Shown here: one piece after another, positions 8,470 to 17,473 of the stretch
Position numbering within the stretch: the first letter of the stretch is position 1
Layout: each line of letters starts with the position of its first letter
Assembly (NCBI GenBank): GCA_051961575.1
Contig: JBQCDC010000453.1
Location: 1-57,659, forward strand
Direction: 5' to 3'
Source: Marmoricola sp.
GTDB taxonomy: Bacteria > Actinomycetota > Actinomycetes > Propionibacteriales > Nocardioidaceae
DNA: 57,659 bases
The notes under the pieces: generated by a model
What the model saw: the letters and a program-made list of their open reading frames with translations, nothing else
What the model was told of the DNA's origin: nothing
The model's database searches: none
Position numbers and translations under genes: made by a program

Positions 8470-8663
8470 GCGGCCCGCTTCGGCTGGCCCTTGACCGCCA
8501 TGTGGAGGGCTGGGGGGACGGCATGCCCGGCCCTGCGGAGCGCGGCCTGTGCGGCGGACGGGCTAGGCCATCCCACACGCTCCACAGCCCGGAGAGGGTC
8601 CTCGCCCACGGACATCAGGAACTCGAAGTCCTCGATACGTTCGGCGGTCTGCTGGGTGCTCAT
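8466..8663 (-). CDS. Small HTH-like hypothetical protein
   Basis: RIEDFEFLMSVGEDPLRAVERVGW...AALRRAG. Confidence 0.65.
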   Translation of the reverse strand: MSTQQTAERIEDFEFLMSVGEDPLRAVERVGWPSPSAAQAALRRAGHAVPPALHMAVKGQPKRAA

Positions 8664-8917
8664 GCTGCTTCCTGGTTCAGGTGTCGGATCGTTTCTTCGA
8701 GGTAGTCGAGGCCGGGCCCGGAGAGGTTCACGAACGGGACGCCGTCGCGGACGAACCGGACGCACGGCACCGTCTGGCCGGCGAGTTTCAGCCATCTTCT
8801 GGCGTCCTCGTTCCCCACCACCGGGACCTCCTCGAACGAAAGCCCCGACTGGTGAAGACGGTCAATAAGACCACTGCTAACGGTATCAGCGGGTTGCGTG
8901 TAGAGGTAGATGTTCAT
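8660..8917 (-). CDS. Glutaredoxin-fold protein lacking CxxC
   Basis: MNIYLYTQP...L..SGLSFEEV...GQTVPCV pattern. Confidence 0.6.
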   Translation of the reverse strand: MNIYLYTQPADTVSSGLIDRLHQSGLSFEEVPVVGNEDARRWLKLAGQTVPCVRFVRDGVPFVNLSGPGLDYLEETIRHLNQEAA

Positions 8918-8919
8918 GG

Positions 8920-10311
8920 TCAGAAGTTCCCCGGCGCGACCTGATAGCAGCGGAGGCCCATGCCCCGCCACATGTCCACGACCTGGTTCCGGTCATCGAA
9001 GACGGCGGTCACGTTGTGCCGCCCACGGATGTGCTGGTTGAACAGCTCGTGCTTGACGATGTCGTCGCGCCGCTTGTCCCCGGCCGGCCGCATGTGCAGC
9101 GGGGCGTCGGGCCATCCGAACCAGAGCGTCAGCCATTCGCGGGTGACATCCCGATGTTCCTCGTCGCGGCCAGTCATGAAGATGACATCGCGGTTGCCAT
9201 CGGCGATGTAGGAAAGGATCAGGTCGATGACATCCTCGTGTGGGGTGTCGAGGTGGGCTTTGGTGCCGTCGTAGATGTCGCGGTCCCCGCACTTGGCGAT
9301 CGTCCCGTCGATGTCCACGATGACCGCCCACGGCAGCCCTTTCACGTGCTCGTACGGCTCCCACTCCTCATCCGTCGCCTTGTCCAGCGGGGTTGGGTGG
9401 TCGAGGGTACGGCCGCGGACCGCTTCGAGGTGGACCGTGTTGTGCGCGGATTCGAGGTCGTTGATGACGCTCGTGGCCCACGCATGGAACTCGTCGGGCA
9501 GGCTGTCGATGATCCCGCGGATGGGGTCGTGGTCCGTTTTGAGGAGTTCCCAGATGGTTCGCTCGTTCCAGCCGGTCACGATCCGGTGGAGGGCCTTGTA
9601 GTCCTCCTGCTTGACCTTCACGCGGGCGTCGGTTGCGAGGAAGTGGATCACGTAGCCCTCGGCATTCGAGCGCGGGGGTGCGGTGAGGGCTTGTTCGAGG
9701 GTGTCGTAGTCGAACACCTCGGTCACAGGGCCGGGCCACCCGTTGGCGTATTCGATGAGATCCGGTTCCCATGTCTGCCCGGACTCGATGGTGACCGCTC
9801 CGAGCAGGAACAGGTCATCCACTTCGCCGTAATCAACGACGATCCGGTTAGCGGGGAACACGATTTCGAACAGGTATGTCAGGGCTGGGTCTGGCCGCCA
9901 CCGGTCGGCGTAATGGTGCCGGTAAAGTTCGGTGGCGTGGCGTGCCTGCACTGAGTTGAAGGACCCGCGGGTGGCTACCGCCCAATCGTCGCCGTCGTGG
10001 TAGAGGATCCCGAGCGAGCCGTCGAGCTTGTCCGTGACGGTGACTGGGCCGGTGCGGCCGATGTCCGCCGCCTCCGGTTCGTCGTGGTTGAAGAACTTTG
10101 GGAACGGCCGGGCCAGCACGGTCGGGTGATCTTGGTGGACGATGAGGCCGCGGCAGGTGAGCGTGGTCTTGTTCCACGCCCGCTCGAACTGGGCCTTCTC
10201 GGTGTAGTTCAGGATTGTGAGCGGCTTCGTCGGGTGGGACTGTGCTCTGACGTGCCCGTCGCGGAGTGCATCCGCGAGCTCGACCGGGTTGAGGATGTCG
10301 TAGAGGTTCAT
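8920..10311 (-). CDS. Rnl1-type RNA ligase fused to a HAD 3'-phosphatase (Pnkp phosphatase domain)
   Basis: CRGL, PFPKFFN, KLDGSL, EGYV and RVKVK motifs; C-terminal DIDGT, TGR and FDDR. Confidence 0.88.
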   Translation of the reverse strand: MNLYDILNPVELADALRDGHVRAQSHPTKPLTILNYTEKAQFERAWNKTTLTCRGLIVHQDHPTVLARPFPKFFNHDEPEAADIGRTGPVTVTDKLDGSLGILYHDGDDWAVATRGSFNSVQARHATELYRHHYADRWRPDPALTYLFEIVFPANRIVVDYGEVDDLFLLGAVTIESGQTWEPDLIEYANGWPGPVTEVFDYDTLEQALTAPPRSNAEGYVIHFLATDARVKVKQEDYKALHRIVTGWNERTIWELLKTDHDPIRGIIDSLPDEFHAWATSVINDLESAHNTVHLEAVRGRTLDHPTPLDKATDEEWEPYEHVKGLPWAVIVDIDGTIAKCGDRDIYDGTKAHLDTPHEDVIDLILSYIADGNRDVIFMTGRDEEHRDVTREWLTLWFGWPDAPLHMRPAGDKRRDDIVKHELFNQHIRGRHNVTAVFDDRNQVVDMWRGMGLRCYQVAPGNF

Positions 10312-10322
10312 GGGTCCGCCGA

Positions 10323-10790
10323 TCAGAAGGGGGGTTCGTTGTCGCCGGCGGGCTGCGCCCACGGGTCGTCCTGCTGCTGTCCCCAGCCGTTCGACTGTTG
10401 CTGGGCGGGCTGCACGCCGCGCTTGGTCCCCGGCCCGCTCGTCCGGGCGACCTTCGCGGAGGCGTACTTCAAGGACGGGCCGATCTCGTCCACCTCAAGC
10501 TCGATCACGGTGCGCTTCTCGCCATCCTTGGTCTCGTAGGACCTGGACTTGAGGCGCCCGGCGATGATGACCCGCGTACCCTTCGTGAGGGACTCTGCGA
10601 CGTTCTCGGCGGCTTCCTTCCAGATGGAGGCACGGAGGAACAGGGTCTCCCCGTCAACCCACTCGTTGCGGGTCTTGTCGAAGCTGCGGGGGGTCTGTGC
10701 GACGGTGAAGTTCGCGACGGCCGCGCCGCTGGGGGTGAACCTGAGCTCGGGGTCGTTGGTCAGGTTCCCGATGATGGTGATTGCGGTCAT
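10323..10790 (-). CDS. ssb: Single-stranded DNA-binding protein
   Basis: [25 protein letters not shown]...DNEPPF. Confidence 0.96.
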   Translation of the reverse strand: MTAITIIGNLTNDPELRFTPSGAAVANFTVAQTPRSFDKTRNEWVDGETLFLRASIWKEAAENVAESLTKGTRVIIAGRLKSRSYETKDGEKRTVIELEVDEIGPSLKYASAKVARTSGPGTKRGVQPAQQQSNGWGQQQDDPWAQPAGDNEPPF

Positions 10791-10795
10791 GGTGG

Positions 10796-11008
10796 TTAGG
10801 CGCCTTTCAGGTGTTCGGGTTGGTCGAGCATGGTGGTCCAGTGCCAGGAGCCGTATCGGCAGGAGTAGTAGCGGACTTGGTCTTCGTGGCCGGTGCGGGC
10901 GACTATCTCCCGCTTGAGGTTCTTCGCGATCCCGAGGGTCGCGGCGTAGGTCTTTCCACAGAGGCGGAGCTGGTAGCTGGGCAGCGCTCGGCGGAGGTCT
11001 CGTCTCAT
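10796..11008 (-). CDS. Hypothetical protein (CGK...Y.C..G.WH.T)
   Basis: ORF track; coupled to neighbours. Confidence 0.65.
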   Translation of the reverse strand: MRRDLRRALPSYQLRLCGKTYAATLGIAKNLKREIVARTGHEDQVRYYSCRYGSWHWTTMLDQPEHLKGA

Positions 11009-11874
11009 GCCACGGCTTCGTCTTCCACGAGTTCGCCGGTGTGCACGTCGGCCTTCGGGGTGGTGAGCGCGTCGTCCCCGGCCTGCTTGATGTAGGCGAG
11101 GACCGCCGGGTCAGCGTTCATGCCGCTCGCCCTGCCGTAGATGCCGCGGATCAGGTCGAAGTCCCCGCCAGCTGCGTCCACTTCGGCGTACCAGTCGACT
11201 TCTGGTTCAGCCTGGGGGAGCGCGGCGGCCAGCTTCTCGGCCGAGGTGCGGCGCTGCTGGACCGGGGCGACACGTTCCGGTGCCGGGGCGGGGATGTAGT
11301 CGTTGTCCGCCTGCGCCATCTCCTCCGCCGTGTACAGGCCGGAGAGGTCTTGCGGGAACGCTTTGCGGAGGGCGAGGGCCTCGGCGCACTTAGCGATCAT
11401 CAGGGCGCCCTTCTCCCTCCACATCTGCGTCAGCGACCCATCCTTGGTGGTCTGCGCGTACTCGCTGAACAGGGCCACCGCCGAGTACGGGGAACCATTG
11501 CGGAGAACAGTAACCTTGGCCGCTGCCGGTGGTTCCTTGGACAGCCAAACGTCAACCCACTTGCCGTCCGTGCCGCACCACAGGGTGTCCTCGTAGCCGA
11601 GGGTTTCGCGGGTTCGGTCAACGGCGCGGCGGGCGATGAGCCGGTACCCGTCGATCCCGGTCTGGATCGTGAACTTCGTGCCCTGCTTCGACCAGCGGCC
11701 CACCATGTAGATCTGCCGTGCGAACGGGTCGAGCCCGGTGCGGCGGACGACGTGGAAGAACACGGCGAGGTCTTCGCGGGTGGCGTTGTCCACCCCGATC
11801 TGGCGGAGGGTGGCGACCTGGCCTTGGGTAAACTCGGTCTGGTTGTCTGCGATGGCGAGTGGCGTGGTGCTCAT
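11005..11874 (-). CDS. bet: RecT/Bet single-strand annealing protein
   Basis: [19 protein letters not shown] and [13 protein letters not shown] motifs. Confidence 0.92.
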   Translation of the reverse strand: MSTTPLAIADNQTEFTQGQVATLRQIGVDNATREDLAVFFHVVRRTGLDPFARQIYMVGRWSKQGTKFTIQTGIDGYRLIARRAVDRTRETLGYEDTLWCGTDGKWVDVWLSKEPPAAAKVTVLRNGSPYSAVALFSEYAQTTKDGSLTQMWREKGALMIAKCAEALALRKAFPQDLSGLYTAEEMAQADNDYIPAPAPERVAPVQQRRTSAEKLAAALPQAEPEVDWYAEVDAAGGDFDLIRGIYGRASGMNADPAVLAYIKQAGDDALTTPKADVHTGELVEDEAVA

Positions 11875-12737
11875 GCTGCGACCTCTTTCGTGGTGATGGG
11901 GAGGGTCCTAGCGGCTTGCACGTAGGGCGTGCCGCCATTCTTGGAGATGCGGGAGGCGATCTTGGCCCCGGCCCAGAAGGCGTGCTGCGCGTCTCCCATG
12001 GCGTCGGCCAGCCGTGCCTTGGCGACCTTGGCGCGGGCCTCGGCTTCCTTCTCGGCGGTGACCGCGTCGATGTATTCGAGGGCCACGTCGTCGCTGATGG
12101 GGGCTTCGGATTTGCGGACGATGCCCGGGTGGAGGGCGCGGGCGGCGTCGTAAGCGGCCGGCCCGGTCGGCTCGGGTGCGTTGTTGGCGGCGAGGCGTGC
12201 CTCGAAGTCGCGGACGGCGGTGATGATGCCGGGGATGAACGCGGCCACGTCCTCGCGGGTGACGACATAGAGCCTGAATTCGAAGGGCTGGCCGAAGATC
12301 ACCGGGACGTAGACCTTATCCGCGCCGGTGACGATGAGCTGCCACGCGGTCTGGGCGAGGTAGTCCGTGGGGACTTCGGCGGTGCGCTGTCGGCCCCAGC
12401 TGTCGGAGTACTGGGCGGTCTTGGCCTCCACGAGGCCGCGGTCGCCGGTGAACCCGTCTGGGGTGGCCGCCCACGTGTCGTGCTCGGGGTGGAACACGGT
12501 CTGGGAGGGGGTGAAGATCAGGTCGGGGTGCGTGTCGCGGAACCAGGCGAGTGCGGCCGGTTCGAGGTAGGTGCCGCGTTCGGTGGCGCTGTTGCCGTCG
12601 AACCCGGGGATGTTGCCCTTCATCTCATGAAAGACGGTGAACGAGTCAGAGTACGGCGATACGCCGAGGATCGCGGGGACCTTGCTGGCGGTGATCAGGC
12701 GCGTCCAAGTCTCAGATCCGGGCTTGATGATGGTCAT
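11871..12737 (-). CDS. YqaJ/RecE-like exonuclease
   Basis: ITASK...ILG.SPY, G..LE, ATPDG, EAKT and Y.AQ..WQ motifs. Confidence 0.9.
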   Translation of the reverse strand: MTIIKPGSETWTRLITASKVPAILGVSPYSDSFTVFHEMKGNIPGFDGNSATERGTYLEPAALAWFRDTHPDLIFTPSQTVFHPEHDTWAATPDGFTGDRGLVEAKTAQYSDSWGRQRTAEVPTDYLAQTAWQLIVTGADKVYVPVIFGQPFEFRLYVVTREDVAAFIPGIITAVRDFEARLAANNAPEPTGPAAYDAARALHPGIVRKSEAPISDDVALEYIDAVTAEKEAEARAKVAKARLADAMGDAQHAFWAGAKIASRISKNGGTPYVQAARTLPITTKEVAA

Positions 12738-13225
12738 TTTGCTGCCTCTCGACGGTCTGCGTCGTTGTGCGTGTAGAGCTCGTTTCGCTTAGCGATAGCG
12801 GCGGCTTCCGCCTCCGCCATGGTTGAGTAGAGCCCGCAGTAGAGTTGTTTTCCGTTGTGCCCGACCTGGGCTCTCCAGCTGTTTTTCTTCTGATCCCAAG
12901 TGACGCCACGGATTCCTGAGGACTTGTTTCGGCAGTGGGCACGGATCTGGTTTTCGCCGTTCTGCTTTGGCGTGGCGAGCCTCAGGTGATCCGGCCGAAC
13001 ACATGAGGGGGTATGGCACTTGTGGTCGATGAGCATGCCCTCTGGAATGGGGCCATGGGTCGCCGCGAAGCTGACTCGGTGCGCCTTCGTGTAAAGCTTG
13101 TTCACCCGGACGTTGCCGTAGCCGTGGTTATCTTTGGCCCCCGTCCAGTTCCAGCAGCCTTCGGTTTTCTCGACCTTGTCCCAGAAGCGATCCCACGCGT
13201 CGCTACCGGGCTTGATGGTTGCCAT
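12734..13225 (-). CDS. HNH endonuclease with AP2-like C-terminal domain
   Basis: RFWDKV..TEGCW.W.G, AHR, DHKC...CVRPDHL, SGIRGVTW; lower GC than neighbours. Confidence 0.9.
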   Translation of the reverse strand: MATIKPGSDAWDRFWDKVEKTEGCWNWTGAKDNHGYGNVRVNKLYTKAHRVSFAATHGPIPEGMLIDHKCHTPSCVRPDHLRLATPKQNGENQIRAHCRNKSSGIRGVTWDQKKNSWRAQVGHNGKQLYCGLYSTMAEAEAAAIAKRNELYTHNDADRREAAK

Positions 13226-13573
13226 GACTGCTCCTGACGGTTTCGTGGGGTTTGGGAAGGCGCTCACGGGATGAGCTCCAGCTCTTCTGCGAAGAACAGG
13301 TGCCACGGGTCGAGGCCGTCCCATGCGGGGCTGTCGTACCTGTGACCGTCGAGTACGACGTGGAAGAGTGCGCTGGCCTCGTGGAAGGCGATGACGGTTC
13401 CTTCGCCGTTGCCGGTGACGCGCACCCGGCTGCCTGTCTTGATCACTTGAACACTCCTTGGAGGATGGTGAGGCCGAGGAACACGGTTCCGAGGACTGAT
13501 ACGGCCATGACGGTGAGGGCGATGCACATGACGGTGAGGCGGACGGCGGACCGGACAACCCTGTACATGGTGC

Positions 13574-13807
13574 TCATGCCGCCACTGCCCTGTTCGTTTC
13601 GGTGAGGACGCGGAGGGCTTCGGCTGCTTCGGCGTGGGAGTCGTACGCGTAGCTGGACCCATCGGGGAGGCGGAGGTGCCAGGTGATGAACCCTGAGCCG
13701 TTCTCTTCGCGGTCGGCCCAGATGCGGGGTCGCGGCGGGTACGTCTCCCACGAGAGCTGGCTGACCTCGTCGTCGGATCCGGTCTGGGTGTGCGGGTCGG
13801 TGAACAT
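13574..13807 (-). CDS. Hypothetical protein
   Basis: GAAGGAG RBS; natural composition. Confidence 0.65.
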   Translation of the reverse strand: MFTDPHTQTGSDDEVSQLSWETYPPRPRIWADREENGSGFITWHLRLPDGSSYAYDSHAEAAEALRVLTETNRAVAA

Positions 13808-13818
13808 GGTGTCCTCCT

Positions 13819-14046
13819 TCAGATGGTGCGTCTGCGGCGGGATGGGCGGTGTTCGACTGGCTGCTTCTCATGGAGCTGGAGGATGGCCTCGATGTGCTTC
13901 TCGGTGAAGCGGTAGCACCTGGGGCCGAGCCGGAGGTATGGCCACTGGCCGGAGCGGATCCGGCGGAACACCGTCTCCGGGTTGATCTGGAACAGCGCTG
14001 CTACTTGCTGGGCTGTGTAGATGGGTTCCGGGTCAGTCATCGGCAC
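13819..14046 (-). CDS. xis: Excisionase / HTH DNA-binding protein
   Basis: YTAQQVAALFQINPETVFRRIRSG...YRF. Confidence 0.75.
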   Translation of the reverse strand: MPMTDPEPIYTAQQVAALFQINPETVFRRIRSGQWPYLRLGPRCYRFTEKHIEAILQLHEKQPVEHRPSRRRRTI

Positions 14047-14258
14047 GGTGCCGGCCGGTGCCGCGGTGGGGGTTGTCGAAGTCGAGGTGCTGGTAGTCGG
14101 CCAGTCGTCGGGCGAAGGTCCAGAGGTGTGCGTGCTGGCGGGCGAAGATGCGGCGGATCATCGGGTCTCCATGAGGGTGTTGATGTGGGCGATGGTGTCG
14201 GCGAGGGTTCTCGAGCTGCTGGTGATGGCGGTGAGGGCTTCGCAGAGGGTGGCGAGGG

Positions 14259-14576
14259 TCAACGGGTTCTCCGGGGGGTAAGGATGATGTGGGGGCCTTG
14301 GGTGGCGATGCGTTCGGTGGTGGCGTCGTGGCCTTCGATGGAGCGCCATTGGTAGCGGGCGCCCGGTTGGCCGGTTTTCTGGTAGATGAGGCCGGTGCTG
14401 GTCATGATGCTGGTCCCGGCGGGGAGGGCTTCGAGCTGGGCGAGTGTGGTGATGGTGGGGAACTTGCGGTACCCAGCGGCGATGATCGCGTCGGCAACTT
14501 CCAGCCCGCCGAGGGTCGCGGGTCCGTCAATACGGCGGATCAATTCGGCCAGTTCGTCGCGTTCGGCGTCCATCAC
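14259..14576 (-). CDS. Hypothetical protein, ERDELA...ADAIIAAGYRK family
   Basis: Paralog of 1621..1986. Confidence 0.75.
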   Translation of the reverse strand: MMDAERDELAELIRRIDGPATLGGLEVADAIIAAGYRKFPTITTLAQLEALPAGTSIMTSTGLIYQKTGQPGARYQWRSIEGHDATTERIATQGPHIILTPRRTR

Positions 14577-14878
14577 GCGGCCCTCTCATGTTTGGTACCA
14601 GTACTGTAATTGGACACTCGGTCGCAGAACAAGATGTCGCGGGGCGCGTCGAGTACCTCCGCGATGGCGAGGGCGACTTCCGGGTCGGTGGTCTTCGCGG
14701 CCCCCGAACGCAGGTTACCAATCGTGGACTTGGAGACGGTGCGGCGGTTCTTGGCGCGGCGCCGGCGCAGGTCCCGGTTCACCAGATCGGTGAGGTCGCG
14801 GACGGACAGGCCCTTGTTCGCCATGAACTTCTGCAGGTGGCGGGGGTCGCGGAGCTCGACCCATATGCGGACGCTCAC
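14573..14878 (-). CDS. Cro-like XRE HTH regulator
   Basis: GLSVRDL...VSKSTIGNLRSG...ALAIAEVLD...LF. Confidence 0.8.
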   Translation of the reverse strand: MSVRIWVELRDPRHLQKFMANKGLSVRDLTDLVNRDLRRRRAKNRRTVSKSTIGNLRSGAAKTTDPEVALAIAEVLDAPRDILFCDRVSNYSTGTKHERAA

Positions 14879-15060
14879 AGGAACCTCCAGCGGGGGGTGC
14901 GGAGGTCGGCGGTGCGGACCCCGGTCAGGTTGCCGAGGGTCCACCGCTCGCCCCACCTCTTGGGGACGGAGAGGACGAACCAGGTGGTGTTCTCGGTGTC
15001 GTGGTAGATGACTGCGCCGGGTGTCACGTCGGCGGCGATGGTCTCTGGCTGCTTCTGCAC
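14875..15060 (-). CDS. Hypothetical protein
   Basis: AAGGA RBS; coupled to the Cro gene. Confidence 0.6.
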   Translation of the reverse strand: MQKQPETIAADVTPGAVIYHDTENTTWFVLSVPKRWGERWTLGNLTGVRTADLRTPRWRFL

Positions 15061-15072
15061 GGTGGTCCTTCC

Positions 15073-15330
15073 TTAGTCGTCTTCGATGGTGTGCTGCTGG
15101 TGGGCGGCCCAGTGTCCGCCGAGCCGGAGGATGGTGTTGAGGTCGGGGTGCATGCGGGTGCGGAGTTCGTGGTCGGTGAGGGATCCGGCGAACACGGCGG
15201 CGTCGGTGCGCCCCTCGGGCCGCCACACTTGTCCGGTCCATGAGAACCGGGCGGTGCCGCCGGCCCCGATGAACCCGGAGGCGGTTGCTCCTTCCGGGTA
15301 TCCGTGGTGGACGGCTGAACGCTTCATCAT
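15073..15330 (-). CDS. First gene of the early lytic operon, hypothetical
   Basis: AGGAG RBS; downstream of the operator region. Confidence 0.65.
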   Translation of the reverse strand: MMKRSAVHHGYPEGATASGFIGAGGTARFSWTGQVWRPEGRTDAAVFAGSLTDHELRTRMHPDLNTILRLGGHWAAHQQHTIEDD

Positions 15331-15339
15331 CGGGGTTTC

Positions 15340-15828
15340 TCCTGTCCGGTTGGGGTACTTCTATTGGACACCAGTTGGACGGTGTTGTCCAGTCCCGGCA
15401 CTGGAATTTTTCGAAGAATCTCCAGAGCTGGTGCGGGAGGCCCTAAATCACACGGCTGTTCTTACTGGACAACTCGACTGCCCCGGACGTTGACGGGCTT
15501 GGACGGTTGCCCGGAGTCTTGGGGCATGACGACCGAAGCGAACGGATGCGTACCCGGATCGGGGGTTCCCAAGTGGCCGAGACCACGACTAGGTACTCCG
15601 GCCCCACCACGGCACCCCTACTCGTGGGTATCCGCGACATGGTGCGGAACGGCGACTGAGTACCACGCCAAGTGACCCGCCAGTAGCGGCACGGGCCGAA
15701 AGTGTCCGGCTGGACAGGCGGGCGCCACCGAAAACCCGAGAATCCGCACCGGATTTGACCGACATTTCTGGACAGTCGCCGGTAGCCTGACGGTTGACCA
15801 GTACCACGGGCGGAAGGACAGTGAAGCC
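15340..15828. promoter_or_regulatory. Divergent immunity control region with repeated (T/C)TGGAC/GTCCA operator-like sites
   Basis: TGGAC motifs near 15365, 15376, 15386 (inverted), 15464, 15500, 15702-15716 and 15768. Confidence 0.6.
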
Positions 15829-15829
15829 A
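15794..15829 (+). promoter_or_regulatory. Leaderless repressor promoter TTGACC-N17-GACAGT-N6-ATG
   Basis: Spacing counted directly. Confidence 0.55.
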
Positions 15830-16341
15830 TGGCAAGCGTTCCCGAGCGGTGGCAGAAGGCGATGAGGGCATCGGGGTACACCTCGATCCGCCAGCTCGCC
15901 AAAGACGCCGGGATGTCCACAACAGCCGTATCGGACATCATCACCGGGCTCAGGACGCCCCAGCCTTCATCGAAGGCGAAGCTCATGGCCGCGCTCACCA
16001 AACTAGACGCGGACACCGAAATGACCGAGGCCGGCTTCCACAAGCTGGTCACCGGCACCGACGAAGAGGTGGAACCCTTCCACCTCCCGCAAGGGTCCGA
16101 GACCCTGAACCCGAGGCAGCGGGAAGCTGTCACCAAAGTCGTACTGGCGTTCCTGGAGGACAACCGTGCAGCAGCAACCGGTGAGGAAGACGACAACCGT
16201 GAAGAGAAGAAGACGGACCCTGTGGAAGAGGACCCTGTCTCTCGTGAGAAGAACGTGGTGAGGCTCCGGCCGCCACTGCCGCACCTCGCGGCCGCGAGGG
16301 ACCGGCCCGGCACCCCGAAGAAGCCCAACCCTCAATCGTAG
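15829..16341 (+). CDS. Immunity repressor (XRE HTH)
   Basis: SIRQLAKDAGMSTTAVSDIITG; divergent from the early operon and followed by an ImmA-like gene. Confidence 0.8.
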   Translation: MASVPERWQKAMRASGYTSIRQLAKDAGMSTTAVSDIITGLRTPQPSSKAKLMAALTKLDADTEMTEAGFHKLVTGTDEEVEPFHLPQGSETLNPRQREAVTKVVLAFLEDNRAAATGEEDDNREEKKTDPVEEDPVSREKNVVRLRPPLPHLAAARDRPGTPKKPNPQS

Positions 16342-16474
16342 CTTGTCAAACTGCTTGACTCCGGCTGCGCAAATCTTGCGCCTTTTTGACTGGAATCCCT
16401 TATGTGCTCAGAGGAGACTTTTGTGCAGTCGGGGATAACTGGGGTCCCCGGATCGCGAAGTAGGGGACAGGGCG

Positions 16475-16900
16475 ATGAGCGTGGCTGCGCTTGCGGCGGA
16501 CCTTGGGGGTCCGCTGGGGTTGTACGACCGGGAGACCGGGGCCGTGTGGGTGCAGAAGGGGCTACCTCCGCAGGTGGCCAGGTGCACCGTGATGCACGAG
16601 AGCTTCCACAAGATCGGCGGGCACGGTGCGCCGGACTCGAAGTGGGAGAAGAACCGGCAGGAGATAGCGGTTCAAAGGGCGGTGGGCATGGCCCTGCTGC
16701 CGTTCCGGGTGATGCTCGAATCCATGGTCAGATCCCGGTCGCTGAGAGAAGCGGCCGCGTGGTGCGGAGTCGATTTCGACACATTCACCGCAAGGCTCAT
16801 CGGGCTCACCCCTCTGGAGCAGACCCTCCTTGAGGTGTGCGGGCGGCACTGCGCCGGATTCCCGTGGGCGGGGGAGAACGTCAAGGTGATCCCTTTGTGA
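16475..16900 (+). CDS. ImmA/IrrE-family metallopeptidase (anti-repressor)
   Basis: RCTVMHESFH (HExxH), downstream E, and R...L...E C-terminus. Confidence 0.8.
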   Translation: MSVAALAADLGGPLGLYDRETGAVWVQKGLPPQVARCTVMHESFHKIGGHGAPDSKWEKNRQEIAVQRAVGMALLPFRVMLESMVRSRSLREAAAWCGVDFDTFTARLIGLTPLEQTLLEVCGRHCAGFPWAGENVKVIPL

Positions 16901-16942
16901 ACTCGGAGGCAACATTCATGCACTGGAGGAAGGTGGTCCGGT

Positions 16943-17365
16943 TTGGCTGTCACATTCGCCGAACTCATAGAGCTCAGGCGGGGCAACGCGTCCCTGTATG
17001 AGCTGGAGCGGCGCACGGACGGTTTGGTGAAGGTCACCACGTGGGCGAAGTGGTCGGCGCCCCGTCATCAGCACGCGGTGGAGCGGGGCCACAAGGTGTC
17101 CTCCCCGATGGGGTTCCCGACGCCGGCGACCATTATCGCCATGGCGAAGGCGTTGGGGGTGGCTGAGCGGGACGTGGTGCTGTCCATGGCCGCGCAGCTG
17201 GGCCTGAACGTCTCCGACTCCGATGACCTGGTGATCCCGGGCGCTGGGGCGCTGCCGGACGTGGCGAAGATGACCCTGCTCGATATGGGCACGGTGCTGG
17301 TGAAGCAGTGGAACGTCGCGCCCGGGGAGGATCACCTCCCTGATTTGGCCCCGGAGCCCGTGTAG
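16943..17365 (+). CDS. XRE HTH repressor-like protein
   Basis: SLYELERR...FPTPATIIAMAKALGV...LGL. Confidence 0.78.
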   Translation: MAVTFAELIELRRGNASLYELERRTDGLVKVTTWAKWSAPRHQHAVERGHKVSSPMGFPTPATIIAMAKALGVAERDVVLSMAAQLGLNVSDSDDLVIPGAGALPDVAKMTLLDMGTVLVKQWNVAPGEDHLPDLAPEPV

Positions 17366-17473
17366 AAGCTTGGGTGGTTCTGGGGCCGGTTTGCCTGTGC
17401 GGGTGACGGGTATACCGACTGCGTTCCCGTTAGGCTGACCGGATGACTGTTGAGAGTGGTTGGAGGGATTGCG

